The notes under the pieces: generated by a model
Seen by the model: only the letters and a program-made list of their open reading frames with translations
Database searches by the model: none
What the model was told of the DNA's origin: nothing
Position numbers and translations under genes: made by a program
Part shown: positions 39,842 to 50,052 of the stretch, in pieces
Position numbering within the stretch: position 1 is the first letter of the stretch
Layout of the letters: every line of letters starts with the position of its first letter
Assembly (NCBI GenBank): GCA_963816145.1
Contig: CAWFJP010000029.1
Location: forward strand, 224,001-288,000
From: an uncultured delta proteobacterium
Lineage (GTDB): Bacteria > Desulfobacterota > Binatia > UBA9968
DNA length: 64,000 bases
Direction: 5' to 3'

Positions 39842-40915
39842 ATGACTCTCGCACGGAACTCTTTGGCGATGAGAGACAGCAACATTCAACGACTCTCATG
39901 TATCGACCGTTATCTGACCCTGTGGATTTTCCTGGCGATGGGCCTCGGCGTGGCTATTGGCTTTATGTTCCCCACCGGCGTTCAGGCGGTTAACTCGGCA
40001 GTGTCCGTCGGGACAACCAATGTGCCGATCGCCATTGGCTTGATCCTGATGATGTATCCGCCGCTGGCCAAGGTTCGCTATGAGGAACTCGGCGATGTTT
40101 TCCGCGATTGGCGCGTGCTCGGACTCTCGCTTGCACAGAATTGGCTGATCGGTCCGGTGCTGATGTTTTTCCTGGCGATCTTGTTTCTGGCCGACTATCC
40201 CGAGTACATGACGGGTTTGATTCTCATCGGCTTAGCACGCTGCATTGCTATGGTTATCGTCTGGAATGAACTCGCCAAAGGTGACAACGAGTACGCCGCC
40301 GGGCTAGTGGCGTTCAATAGTATTTTTCAGGTGCTATTTTACAGCGTCTATGCGTGGGTTTTTATCACGGTATTGCCGACCTGGTTTGGTTTGAGCGGGT
40401 CGATCGTGCAAATTACCATCGGTGAAATCGCTCGGAGTGTTTTTTTCTATCTAGGAATTCCATTCATCGCGGGATTTCTGACCCGCGTATTTCTGGTTCG
40501 CGCAAAAGGCAAGGATTGGTACCACTCGTATTTTGTGCCGATAGTCAGCCCGATCACGCTTTTTGCCTTGCTGTTTACGATCGTCGTTATGTTTAGCCTC
40601 AAGGGCGAGCTGATCGTGCAATTGCCTATGGATGTTCTACGAATCGCGATACCTCTCCTGATCTACTTCGTCGTGATGTTTCTACTCTCGTTTTTCATGG
40701 GACGCGGCATCGGCGCGGATTACCCGAAAACCGCCACCCTTGCGTTCACCGCCGCGAGCAACAACTTCGAACTCGCGATCGCCGTGGCCGTGGCGGTATT
40801 TGGCATCAACAGCGGCGCCGCCTTTGCCGCCGTTATCGGACCGCTTATCGAGGTCCCGGTGATGATCGGTTTGGTGCATGTGGCATTTTTCTTCCAGAGG
40901 CGACTTTTCATTTGA
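39842..40915 (+). CDS. acr3: Arsenite efflux transporter ACR3; start uncertain
   Basis: [53 protein letters not shown]. Confidence 0.95.
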   Translation: MTLARNSLAMRDSNIQRLSCIDRYLTLWIFLAMGLGVAIGFMFPTGVQAVNSAVSVGTTNVPIAIGLILMMYPPLAKVRYEELGDVFRDWRVLGLSLAQNWLIGPVLMFFLAILFLADYPEYMTGLILIGLARCIAMVIVWNELAKGDNEYAAGLVAFNSIFQVLFYSVYAWVFITVLPTWFGLSGSIVQITIGEIARSVFFYLGIPFIAGFLTRVFLVRAKGKDWYHSYFVPIVSPITLFALLFTIVVMFSLKGELIVQLPMDVLRIAIPLLIYFVVMFLLSFFMGRGIGADYPKTATLAFTAASNNFELAIAVAVAVFGINSGAAFAAVIGPLIEVPVMIGLVHVAFFFQRRLFI

Positions 40916-41126
40916 TCGATTCTTGTCGCTTTCGTTCAAAGCGTCCGGCGGCGATATTGATCTTTCCTGAACGCTGCCAGGGTTTCCCGCTTCGTTTTAA
41001 GTCAGTTTATCGATTCGCTGCTCGCTGTGAGTGCGTCTCGCTGATCGCGTCGAGATAGCACCGAGATAAACGCCGAGGGCGCTGGCAGGTCGCTAGTCTC
41101 TGATGAGCGGCCAATTAAGGGAAGGG

Positions 41127-41186
41127 CCGGAGGGAGGTTGACGATCCCTCCCTCCGGGCGCGGCGCGTTAGGGGGGTTGACGCCGC
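41127..41186. terminator. Tandem hairpins between convergent acr3 and the PhoX-like gene
   Basis: CCGGAGGGAGG-N9-CCTCCCTCCGG (41127-41157) and GCGGCG...CGCCGC (41160-41186). Confidence 0.5.
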
Positions 41187-41283
41187 TGGGTGATTTTACG
41201 ACTTGTGTTTTTGGCCAGTCCGCAGTGTGAAGCGTCGAAATCCGACGCCCCACACTGCGCGTGGCTAGGCTAATCTTTATAAT

Positions 41284-42861
41284 CTAATCGTCGGCTTCGT
41301 CATCCTTGGCACACTCCAGGTCCGTATCGATAAGCATCGCCAAAAGTTGGCCGCCTTCGACCAATTCCGGATCCGTGCTGGCCTTGTGGGCTTGAACGTC
41401 GAGCAAGAACCAGCCCGTGCCGAGAATCTTGCCGGCGTCGATCACGCCTGAAGATTCTTCGTCCTTGGTGATGAACTTGGTCAGGTCGCTATTATTCGGA
41501 TCGAAGAATTTGGGATTGTGGTGCGCCACTTCGATCAAGTTGCCGGACTGGATGCCGTAGACATACAGCCGCGCGACGTAGTCTTGATTGCCGGGATCTT
41601 CCTGGAGGACGATGCGGCCGCAGCCGTCAATCGTCATATTATCGAACATTTTGTGGCCGAGTTCGTCGCCCTTCAACAGAAGCTCGATTTCACCGCCGCG
41701 CTCGGGTCGTTCGATGTCGTCGAAACGCAGGCGCCAGAGCCGGCTGTTGCTGGTAAAACTGGCCGTCGTGACGAAATAAAAATCGTTGCTATGGCTCTTG
41801 CGCGGGTCCCAGGCACCGTCCTCAATGCGCTGCATGCGAAAGACGTTTTCGTCGACGGATTCTTGCTGAAGCTGTAAAGCGGTAAATCCCGAGACATCGC
41901 CACCGGGGCCCATCGCTTGGACTGCGAAGCGACCGGTGCCGATAAACCCGCTGGTGGCATTGCCCAGGGCGAACTGATTGTCCTCGCCGCCGGCCACAGT
42001 GCCGTCGGCAAGCGACACTTTGAGTCCAAACAATTTTCCGTTAGTCAAACCCGCCCGTTCGATGGGATGGCCGTTTGGTTGTTTGCTGCCGACGTACATG
42101 TATAGGTCGCTGGGGAAATTGCTCGCGGTCGGCGCGGTGCTGGCGTTGCCATCGTCGAGGAGCATGACGACGGTCTTTTGCTGCTGATAGGGACTGGCAA
42201 CCACGTTCTCAAAAGCGATCCTGCCCAATCGCGGCAGCTGCCAAATTTCGCCGGCATGGGGGCCGGTGGCGACGTGGGCAAAGGCTCGTCCTTCGTTGGT
42301 CTCCTCACCGTTGAGAAAAATCCGGTCCGGTGTGCCTTTGCCACCGGATTGGAAAGCGCCCTTGGCCGGTAGATCGGCGGAGCAGAAGCGCTGAAACGCC
42401 GCGGTTCCCTGTTTGTATTGCTTGGTTGCCAGGTCCCAGGTGTAGACGTCGTTGGCTGATTGGGTGAGGTCTTCGCCCTTGATCACTTCAAGAGTTGTCG
42501 GATTGATCTTCCATTTGGAGACAAACGCGCCCTTGGAGCCGTGGGCGCGCACCGCCCCGAGCGTCGAGCCGAGCTCGTGGTTCATCAAAAGGGTGAAGCT
42601 CCCATCGTTATTGCCGAAGGCGCCCAAGCCGTCCGGAATGCCCACCATGCGGTAATTGTTTTGTGCCGGCAAATCACCGACGGTGAGAATCGACGCTGTC
42701 GTCACTTTGGGATTGGACGGCAGTAAGTACGGTTCAACCGTCGTACTTGTGCCGATGCGTTGAGCTAGCGCGGCGCTGGCGTTGAGCGACAAAGCCGCCG
42801 CGCCGAGTATCGAGAGCGAGACGCCTCGCCACAACCTCTGGTTAATCTTTTCTATTCTCAT
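41284..42861 (-). CDS. Secreted PhoX/DUF839-like beta-propeller phosphatase
   Basis: Sec-type signal; GIPDGLGA, LMNHEL, RFCSA, NGEE, LGRIAFEN, RIEDG, FDNMT, LQED, ESSGVID, DVQAH, EGGQL. Confidence 0.75.
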   Translation of the reverse strand: MRIEKINQRLWRGVSLSILGAAALSLNASAALAQRIGTSTTVEPYLLPSNPKVTTASILTVGDLPAQNNYRMVGIPDGLGAFGNNDGSFTLLMNHELGSTLGAVRAHGSKGAFVSKWKINPTTLEVIKGEDLTQSANDVYTWDLATKQYKQGTAAFQRFCSADLPAKGAFQSGGKGTPDRIFLNGEETNEGRAFAHVATGPHAGEIWQLPRLGRIAFENVVASPYQQQKTVVMLLDDGNASTAPTASNFPSDLYMYVGSKQPNGHPIERAGLTNGKLFGLKVSLADGTVAGGEDNQFALGNATSGFIGTGRFAVQAMGPGGDVSGFTALQLQQESVDENVFRMQRIEDGAWDPRKSHSNDFYFVTTASFTSNSRLWRLRFDDIERPERGGEIELLLKGDELGHKMFDNMTIDGCGRIVLQEDPGNQDYVARLYVYGIQSGNLIEVAHHNPKFFDPNNSDLTKFITKDEESSGVIDAGKILGTGWFLLDVQAHKASTDPELVEGGQLLAMLIDTDLECAKDDEADD

Positions 42862-42927
42862 GAATTCCTCCTGATGAATTTTTTGTCTTTCGACGCGCAA
42901 TAAGTACCGCTGAAATATGTCGCGCCC

Positions 42928-42954
42928 ATAACGCGAAAGTGAAGAATTGATGAA
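42928..42954 (-). promoter_or_regulatory. Pho-box-like repeats upstream of the PhoX-like gene
   Basis: Plus-strand ATAAC 42928, GTGAA 42939, ATGAA 42950. Confidence 0.5.
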
Positions 42955-42998
42955 GGGCGTAGTGGTAAGTTCGCTGGTTTGTCTTTATAAATGAAAAT

Positions 42999-44267
42999 AT
43001 GCCTGCATGGATGTGGAAATGTTTGGGCGTCGGCGAGAGTTCGCCGGCGGCGCGCAAGAAACTCGGTGCCATCGCCTTGCTCTACTTCATTCAAGGCGCG
43101 CCGGCGGCGATCTTATGGGAGGTTTTGCCGGTCTACTTTCGCATCAACGGCGTGTCGCTGCGCGCCATCGGCGGTCTGCGGCTGCTCGAATTACCCTATT
43201 CGTTGAAAGTCTTTTGGTCGCCGCTGGTGCATCGTTTCGGCGAGCGGCGCTTTTGGGTTCTATCCTGCATGCTCGGCATCGCCGCGGTGCTGTTCGCGCT
43301 GCCGTTTGTCAACGTCGCTGGTGTCGGTCTCATCGTACTGTTATTGATTTTTGCTCTGACGACCTTGTCGGCGACGCAGGATGTTGCCATCGATTCCTAC
43401 TCGGTCGGTTTAGTCGAGCGCGACGAAGAGGGCGCGGCCAACGGTGTGCGCGCTTCGGCTTATCGCGTGGCGCTGGTGGCAATCGGCGGCGGCGCGGTTT
43501 TTCTCGCCGGTGTGTTGGCGTGGAATTCTCTCTTCGTTCTGGCGGGGATCGTCTTTGCGGCGCTTGGCTTCGTCGCACTGTCGTTGCCGCGCTTAAGTTT
43601 ACCGGAGGAGGCAAGGGAGCATTGGCTGGCCGGCTTTACCGCTTGGGCTGGTACCTGGAAGGTTATTCCGCTCGTCTTGTTCGTGTTGACCTACAAGCTT
43701 GGCGAGTTCGCCATCGGTCCAATGGTGAAACCGTTCTGGGTCGACTACGGCAAGACCATCTGGCCGGTGCCGGAAGATCTGATGTTTCAGATCGGTCTGT
43801 TTCCGACGACCTTCGGCATCGTGCTCAGCGTCGTCGGCGCGTTGATGGGCGGAGCGTTCGTCTCGCGCTACGGGATTCTCCACGGAGTCTGGTTTCTCGG
43901 TCTCTTGCAGGCGGTGTCGAATCTTGGCTATGCGTTTGTCGAGTGGATGGATCTCGGCCGTTTCGGGCTATACGGCGCATCGATGTTCGAGTCGCTCTCC
44001 GGCGGGCTGGGCACAGCAGCGTTTCTGGCGTTCCTGATGAATGTCTGCCAAAAAGAACATGCCACGGTGCAGTACGCGTTTCTTTCATCGGTGTTTTCGC
44101 TGACCGGCCGATTGATCGGCGGGATCAGCGGTCTCGGCGCCGAGAAGTATGGCTTCGCCAATTATTTCGCGATTACTTTCTTACTGTCGATGCCGGCGTA
44201 TCTGCTTTTGCCATGGGTCAAACAGTGGATACAGGAAGACTCGCGGCCGCAATCCACGCCTCACTAG
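42999..44267 (+). CDS. MFS transporter, AmpG (muropeptide/acetyl-CoA) family
   Basis: LLYFIQGAP, LPYSLKVFWSPLV, SATQDVAIDSY, ATVQYAFLSS. Confidence 0.88.
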   Translation: MPAWMWKCLGVGESSPAARKKLGAIALLYFIQGAPAAILWEVLPVYFRINGVSLRAIGGLRLLELPYSLKVFWSPLVHRFGERRFWVLSCMLGIAAVLFALPFVNVAGVGLIVLLLIFALTTLSATQDVAIDSYSVGLVERDEEGAANGVRASAYRVALVAIGGGAVFLAGVLAWNSLFVLAGIVFAALGFVALSLPRLSLPEEAREHWLAGFTAWAGTWKVIPLVLFVLTYKLGEFAIGPMVKPFWVDYGKTIWPVPEDLMFQIGLFPTTFGIVLSVVGALMGGAFVSRYGILHGVWFLGLLQAVSNLGYAFVEWMDLGRFGLYGASMFESLSGGLGTAAFLAFLMNVCQKEHATVQYAFLSSVFSLTGRLIGGISGLGAEKYGFANYFAITFLLSMPAYLLLPWVKQWIQEDSRPQSTPH

Positions 44268-44288
44268 GTTTCGGCTGAGCCAGTCGAC

Positions 44289-44325
44289 CTGAATGACCCT
44301 CGGCTTAAACCCGAGGGTCATTCAG
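44289..44325. repeat. Near-perfect palindrome sharing its right arm with the 50244-50272 element end
   Basis: CTGAATGACCCTCGG-cttaaac-CCGAGGGTCATTCAG. Confidence 0.75.
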
Positions 44326-44637
44326 TTGCTGGTGAAATTGCGCCGAAGACCGCCGAAGTGCCTGGCATCGACCGCCGTTGGACGCGCGGGGTAAGAAACT
44401 CAAATAGGCTTCGACAAACCGGGTGCACCACAGGGGGGACTTGAAATTCGCCTGTGCCGCTGGCTCGACCAACAACGGTTCGAGTAAAGATTGAAAGGCG
44501 CTTTTAACCAGTTTCCCTCGGGTTCTCGGCAATTTCTTCAATCGAGCCAAGTCCCGCGGGCGTTACAGTTTCTTAACGCTGCGTTCAATAAAATGAAATT
44601 TTAAAAGTGCAAATTATTCTCCAGTTAGGAGGATAAT

Positions 44638-45174
44638 GTGACCCTAGATCAACCCTTAGCGTTGGTCCGCTGGATGGTCGATCGTGAGATGGCCATCTGT
44701 AGCGCATTAAATCGAATTTCCCATCCGCCTAAAGTCAGAAAATTTTTCGTCTTGATTAGCCGGATAGGCGATGGCGCAGCCTGGTACTTGATACTGGTGC
44801 TGTTGCCGTTGGTTTACGGCGAGTCTGGTTTGACGACCAGTGCGAGCATGATCAAAGTTGGCGTGGTGAATTTTGCGCTCTACAAGATCATAAAAAAATG
44901 CAGCGCCCGCCATCGGCCTTGTGCGGTTAGCGCGGAAATTACTCTCGGCACGGCGCCGCTCGACCAATATAGTTTTCCGTCCGGCCACACTATGCACGCA
45001 GTGGCGTTTTCACTGGTCGTGACCGCGCATCATCCTGAGTTGGCGGTCTTACTAATACCGTTCAGCAGCTTGATCGCAGCGTCTCGCGTGATCCTCGGTC
45101 TGCACTTTCCCACCGATGTCATCGCCGGCGGTTTGATCGGCGGCTATGTCGCCTCCACGCTGTTGGCGTCCTAG
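44638..45174 (+). CDS. PAP2 family membrane phosphatase
   Basis: K...RHRP, SFPSGH, SRVILGLHFPTDV; Pho-box-like GTTAC/TTAAC/TTCAA at 44562/44573/44584. Confidence 0.92.
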   Translation: MTLDQPLALVRWMVDREMAICSALNRISHPPKVRKFFVLISRIGDGAAWYLILVLLPLVYGESGLTTSASMIKVGVVNFALYKIIKKCSARHRPCAVSAEITLGTAPLDQYSFPSGHTMHAVAFSLVVTAHHPELAVLLIPFSSLIAASRVILGLHFPTDVIAGGLIGGYVASTLLAS

Positions 45175-45379
45175 ACCGTCTCTTGAGTGTTCATTCTTGA
45201 ATAGTTCGATTCCAAGGGTGTCGGCCTTATTATTGCCGCTCGCGATCAGGACAAAACCTGTATATTCAATTTACAGCGGGTCAGTAAAACCTTCGGTTGC
45301 TAAAATCGCCTCTGGCTTGAAAAGTTTAGCGATAGATTGGAAAAGGGATGAAGGGTTGGAACCGTTTGCGGGGGTGTAA

Positions 45380-46129
45380 ATGATACTGCGAGTCGCTACG
45401 TTAAACTTGGAACAAAATCACAAACGTTGGGCAGATCGCCGGGAGCTAATAGTAACGCAACTGAGAGAATTAGGCCCCGATATCTTGGCGCTCAATGAGA
45501 TCCACATACCCAGCCAAACCGGCCGTTGGCTGCAACGGGCCGCCGAGAATAAAAACGGCTCGCAATACACGGCGATTCAGCAGTCAAAGGCCGGCGAGGA
45601 GTCGAGCATCCAAGGCGAAGGGCTGCTCACATGGTACCCAATCGTTGAGACAGCGAATCTTGATTACCGCTCGCATGACTGTGTCGCGTTGGTGGCGCGC
45701 TTAAATATCGAAGGCCGTCGCCTCGATGTCTACGTCACGCATCTGATTGCCGCGAAAGTAGACGATTCAGCGCGCCAGTTTCAGGTCAAGCAACTGCTGC
45801 AGTGGATTCATAATCGCGATGACGCTGATTATTCAATCGTGTGCGGCGACTTTAATGCTGCGCCCGACCAACCGTCAATTGAGCTAATGGCTAAGACTTA
45901 CCGCGCGACGCAGAGCGAAGCGACCGCTTTCACTCCACTGCGGGAAGCCGGCGGCGACCCGACCCATCCAGAGTGGCAGCGCTTTGACCGCTGCATCGAT
46001 TACATCTGGGTTTCGGACTCGATAAAAATCATGGCTTCGGGGCTGTGCTTCAACCAACCTTCCGCGGACGATCCCCACCTATGGCCTTCGGACCATATCG
46101 GTGTCTGGGCAGATTTGCAGCTCGGTTGA
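45380..46129 (+). CDS. Endonuclease/exonuclease/phosphatase family protein
   Basis: ATLNL, DILALNE, VTHL, CGDFNA, IDYIW, PSDH. Confidence 0.92.
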   Translation: MILRVATLNLEQNHKRWADRRELIVTQLRELGPDILALNEIHIPSQTGRWLQRAAENKNGSQYTAIQQSKAGEESSIQGEGLLTWYPIVETANLDYRSHDCVALVARLNIEGRRLDVYVTHLIAAKVDDSARQFQVKQLLQWIHNRDDADYSIVCGDFNAAPDQPSIELMAKTYRATQSEATAFTPLREAGGDPTHPEWQRFDRCIDYIWVSDSIKIMASGLCFNQPSADDPHLWPSDHIGVWADLQLG

Positions 46130-46139
46130 TCTTGCGCAG

Positions 46140-47813
46140 CTACGCTCGTGATTTTCCCGGCACCAGATGGCGAGCGATGGCGACGGACAACATGGAAATG
46201 ACAATCGCAATGGTCCCCATTGCCATACCGGCGGCGGGACTGCCCTGATCGAATTCACGCAAAATGAAAGTGGCAACCGTCTGCATCCCCGGCGGGCGCA
46301 GGAGCACCGATCCGACCAATTCGCGGAACGAGATCGAGAAAATGAGAATTGCCCCGGCGAGGCAATGGGGCAAAAGCAAGGGCGCGATGATGCGCCTGGT
46401 GGTCATGCCCGCGCCGGCGCCGTGGATGCGCGCGGCCCACTCGTAGGACGGCGGGATCACGGCCAGGCCCGAACGCGCATATTGCACTGCGTAGGGCAGA
46501 TATTGCGTCGTGTAAAAAAGTCCGACGATGAACACGCTGCCGTAGAGCGGCAACCACGCCGTCCAGGGAGCGTTCCAGCCACGGATGAAGCCCACCGCCA
46601 TAGTGATTGCCGGAGTGGCGGCCGGAATTAAAGCCAAGCTCGCTAGGGCGACGCTGCGGCGAGCACAGGCCGCGCCCAAGAGAGTTCCCAGCAGAGCCGC
46701 CATTAGTGCGAGCGCAAAGCTCGCGACCAACGCTTGTCGCAAGCCACTGGATTCGCCGGTCAACCCCTCTAGATAATGCTGCGAAGTCAAATTATCGAGG
46801 GTTGGTCCCACGCTGACGAGTTTCAAAAGTGACGTGAGCAGCATCGAACCGTACGGAATGACAATCGTAAAGAGAAAATAAATCCCGACAAGACTCCACA
46901 GGCTAGCCCTCGCCCAGCGCGGCAGTAGATTCGGCATTGGGTGCGCGCTCGGTTTGGCTGAAGTTTTCGCGCCGCGCTGCAATAAATAGCTCGCGAAATA
47001 GACACCGCCAGCCAAAGCGAACAGCAGCGAAGCCAGGGCGCTGGCAAGGGTCAAGTTGATCGGATAGATGCGGACGATGCGGCCGATCTCAGTGGAGATT
47101 ACCGGAAAGCCGATGCGGTTGCCGATCACCAATGGCGTACCGTATTCCTCAATGGCGCAGGCGAATGCGAGGAAACCGCCGGCGAGCAGCGCGGGAAGGA
47201 CGATTGGCACGAGGATGCGACCAACGATTCGTGCGGGCTTTGCGCCGGCGATCTGCGCGGCCCACAGGAGCGATGTCGGCACCTTTTCGATCTGGGCGCG
47301 GACGGCGAAATAAACAATCGGCGCGTAGTGAACTGCCATCAGCAGGGATAGCCCCCAAAAAGAGAAAACAAATTTTTCCATTTCTCCGCCGAACAGGCCG
47401 AGGCGGCCCAAGTAGCCCCTTGGCCCAACGGCCAGGCTCCAGGCAAGCGACGCGAGAAATGGCGGGGTGAGAAACGGCATGCTCATGATCAGATCGATCC
47501 AGCGGTCTCTTCGGCTCTGCACGGCGAGCAAGGCGAAGGTGGCGCCGGTGATCAAACTGAGAAGACTGACCGTGATGCCCAGACGCAGCGTGTTGAACGC
47601 GGCGGCGAGCAGGCGTTCGCTCAAGAAATCTGCAAGTCGGAGCGGGTCACCTGCGGGAAACACCGGCGCAAACACCGATGAAACGACCATCAGCAGTGGA
47701 TAGACGACGAGCAGGAGAACCGCGGCCCACAGGATGATCGCGCTCGTGTGAGTTCGCCAGCGCGCCAAGGATGGAGTCGCGATTCGCGGGCTATCGAGCA
47801 CTACGACGGCCAT
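46140..47813 (-). CDS. ABC transporter permease (FbpB/AfuB-like, two modules)
   Basis: PFLTPPF, WAAQIAGA, EEYGTPLVIG, EWAARIHGA, FREL. Confidence 0.88.
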   Translation of the reverse strand: MAVVVLDSPRIATPSLARWRTHTSAIILWAAVLLLVVYPLLMVVSSVFAPVFPAGDPLRLADFLSERLLAAAFNTLRLGITVSLLSLITGATFALLAVQSRRDRWIDLIMSMPFLTPPFLASLAWSLAVGPRGYLGRLGLFGGEMEKFVFSFWGLSLLMAVHYAPIVYFAVRAQIEKVPTSLLWAAQIAGAKPARIVGRILVPIVLPALLAGGFLAFACAIEEYGTPLVIGNRIGFPVISTEIGRIVRIYPINLTLASALASLLFALAGGVYFASYLLQRGAKTSAKPSAHPMPNLLPRWARASLWSLVGIYFLFTIVIPYGSMLLTSLLKLVSVGPTLDNLTSQHYLEGLTGESSGLRQALVASFALALMAALLGTLLGAACARRSVALASLALIPAATPAITMAVGFIRGWNAPWTAWLPLYGSVFIVGLFYTTQYLPYAVQYARSGLAVIPPSYEWAARIHGAGAGMTTRRIIAPLLLPHCLAGAILIFSISFRELVGSVLLRPPGMQTVATFILREFDQGSPAAGMAMGTIAIVISMLSVAIARHLVPGKSRA

Positions 47814-47818
47814 TGAAC

Positions 47819-48805
47819 TCAGCGCTTCTGGATGATCTGTTCGACGATCTCTTTTCTGAAACGGTTGACCAGTTGAGTCTGGTTCTTCTCGACGAAGTCC
47901 CACTCAGGGGCGAGCATCTTGAATTCGCCCGGCAAGGGCCGCTGGGCGCGGGAGTCGGCGCGCGCCGGAATCAGAAAACTTTTAGCGACGAGACTTTGTC
48001 CCTCTTCGCCAAGTATAAAATCGACGAGTTTGCGGGCGTCATCGCGGTGCGGCGCGTTTTGCTGGACGAAAACCGGCCGCAGCGCAACCACCGTGCCTTC
48101 TTTGGGGTAATGAATGGCCAGTTTCTCACCCTTGGCGATTTGTCCGAAAGTAATGTAATCGACACCCGCGATGGTTCCCTTCTTTGCTCCGGTTAGCACC
48201 GGATTGAGCGCGGCGTTGTTGGGCCCCGGAACGGTCAAGCCATTGCGCGCCAGCTCTGCGAAAAGTTTCCATGCTCGATCGCCATGATGTTGCACGAACA
48301 CCGCGATGAATTCGGCGGCGCTGCCCGAGAGCGTCGGGTCGGGCATGGTGAGGGAATCCTTCCAAAACGGCGTCGTCAAATCGAACCATGATTGCGGTTG
48401 TTGTTCTTTTTTCACTTCATTGCCGTTGAGAATCAGTGCCAGTGCCGCGCCCCCCTGAGCCGCGAGACCGCCGTCGGACCAGCGCGGACGGAGTTTCTTT
48501 GCTTCCACTGAACTGTATGGCTCGACAAATCCGCGCTGGCGCATCGTGAGCCCCTCGCCCCAGGAGGCAAGCACTACGACATCTGCCCTTGGCTTGGCTT
48601 TCTCGGCTTCAAGTCGCGCCAGAACGTCGCCGCTCGTCGCTTGGTACACTTCGACCTTGATGCCGGCTTTATCCGTAAACCCCTTAGCGATATTGTTTGC
48701 GAGCCCTTCGGGTCCCGCGGTGTAGAGGGTGATCGATTGGCCGTCGACTCGACGGGCAGCCACCATGATCGTCGCGATGACAATTAACGAAAAGATCCGT
48801 TTCAT
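47819..48805 (-). CDS. ABC transporter substrate-binding protein (FbpA/AfuA/PhnS-like)
   Basis: Signal peptide, LARLEAEK..PRADVV, PDPTLSGSA, YPKEG, DFILGEEGQ. Confidence 0.88.
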   Translation of the reverse strand: MKRIFSLIVIATIMVAARRVDGQSITLYTAGPEGLANNIAKGFTDKAGIKVEVYQATSGDVLARLEAEKAKPRADVVVLASWGEGLTMRQRGFVEPYSSVEAKKLRPRWSDGGLAAQGGAALALILNGNEVKKEQQPQSWFDLTTPFWKDSLTMPDPTLSGSAAEFIAVFVQHHGDRAWKLFAELARNGLTVPGPNNAALNPVLTGAKKGTIAGVDYITFGQIAKGEKLAIHYPKEGTVVALRPVFVQQNAPHRDDARKLVDFILGEEGQSLVAKSFLIPARADSRAQRPLPGEFKMLAPEWDFVEKNQTQLVNRFRKEIVEQIIQKR

Positions 48806-49953
48806 AGGGTTTCCTCTTGAAGCTTGGTCATTTCTAGTTCAACGAGCGGCTCGGCAGCCGATGGCGTTGTCGGCGCGACCGGCGATTCTTGAATGATGTG
48901 GATCGCCTCCGGGGGCAGATATAGGTAGACGGCCTCAGCCGTCGGCGCGTAGTCTGATCGCGCTTCGACGATCTGACCGGTCTGCGGATCACCGAATCTC
49001 ACCTGTAGGCGATACTGACCGCCACGATATTGGCTCCGAAGCAATCGACCCGGCAAAACATTTTTCATCTTGGAACCATCGTCGATGACCCGGACCTGTT
49101 CCGGGACAATGGCAAGATGTATTTCTCCCTGGGCAATCGGGCGAGGAAGTTCTAGTCGCGATTTGCCGCCGTTTTTCAGCTGAACGCTGCCGTCGCCGCA
49201 CACACACGCCGCGAGCAAATTCGCGCCCATGAATCGCGCCACGGTGGGATTCGCCGGGCGTTCGTAGACTTCCTGCGGTGTCGCGTGCTGCTGGATCTCG
49301 CCGTCGACCAGCACGGCGACGCGATCGGCAAGTTCGAATGCCTCCTCGCGGTCATGCGTAACGATAATCGTGGTGAGGCTCAACCGTTGCAAAATATCGG
49401 CGAGCTCGCTGCGAACGCTGGCTCGAGTGGCCGGGTCAAGCGCCGAGAGCGGCTCGTCGAGCAGAAGGAGCTTGGTCTCAGCGACTACCGCGCGAGCGAG
49501 GGCGACTCTTTGCTGCTGGCCGCCGGATAATTCCTGAGGGTGTCGCGTGCCAAATCCCTGAAGGCGGACCCGCGCCAAAGCATTTTCGACTCTAGTGGCA
49601 ATTTCACCAGCTGCTGACTTTCGGGCGCGCAAAGGGAAAGCGACATTCTGAGCCACCGTCATGTGCGGCCAGAGGGCAAAATCTTGAAACACCATGCCGA
49701 GGCCGCGGGCCTCCGGCGGAAGTTCGAGGAGATTACCGCCGGCGAGCCAAATTTTTCCTGCGCTCGGATTGATGATACCGGCGATGGCGGCGAGTAATGT
49801 CGATTTACCGGAACCGCTCGGCCCAAGCAAAGCCAACACCTCGCTTTGATGCGCGCTAAGCGAGAGGTTTTTCAGGGCGGTTTTTTGGCCGTAGTGATGC
49901 AAAAGGCTCTCGATTGCGAAAAAAGGCCGATTGGATGCGGAAATAGCAACCAT
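48802..49953 (-). CDS. ABC transporter ATP-binding protein (FbpC/PotA-like)
   Basis: [44 protein letters not shown]. Confidence 0.93.
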   Translation of the reverse strand: MVAISASNRPFFAIESLLHHYGQKTALKNLSLSAHQSEVLALLGPSGSGKSTLLAAIAGIINPSAGKIWLAGGNLLELPPEARGLGMVFQDFALWPHMTVAQNVAFPLRARKSAAGEIATRVENALARVRLQGFGTRHPQELSGGQQQRVALARAVVAETKLLLLDEPLSALDPATRASVRSELADILQRLSLTTIIVTHDREEAFELADRVAVLVDGEIQQHATPQEVYERPANPTVARFMGANLLAACVCGDGSVQLKNGGKSRLELPRPIAQGEIHLAIVPEQVRVIDDGSKMKNVLPGRLLRSQYRGGQYRLQVRFGDPQTGQIVEARSDYAPTAEAVYLYLPPEAIHIIQESPVAPTTPSAAEPLVELEMTKLQEETL

Positions 49954-49978
49954 TTGCTGCGACTTTGATCAAAGCTTT

Positions 49979-50006
49979 GTTACAGTATGATTACAATCAT
50001 GTTAAC
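49979..50006 (-). promoter_or_regulatory. Pho-box-like repeats upstream of the ABC importer
   Basis: Plus-strand GTTAC 49979, ATTAC 49990, GTTAA 50001. Confidence 0.7.
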
Positions 50007-50052
50007 GAATCGACGCGACGACGGTGATATTTGTTTTTTGATTTGATGTCAC

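Noticed and set aside
43007-44278. 423-aa alternative-frame ORF overlapping the AmpG-like gene
   Set aside because: Arg/Gly-rich shadow ORF typical of high-GC DNA; the 42999 frame carries the family motifs.
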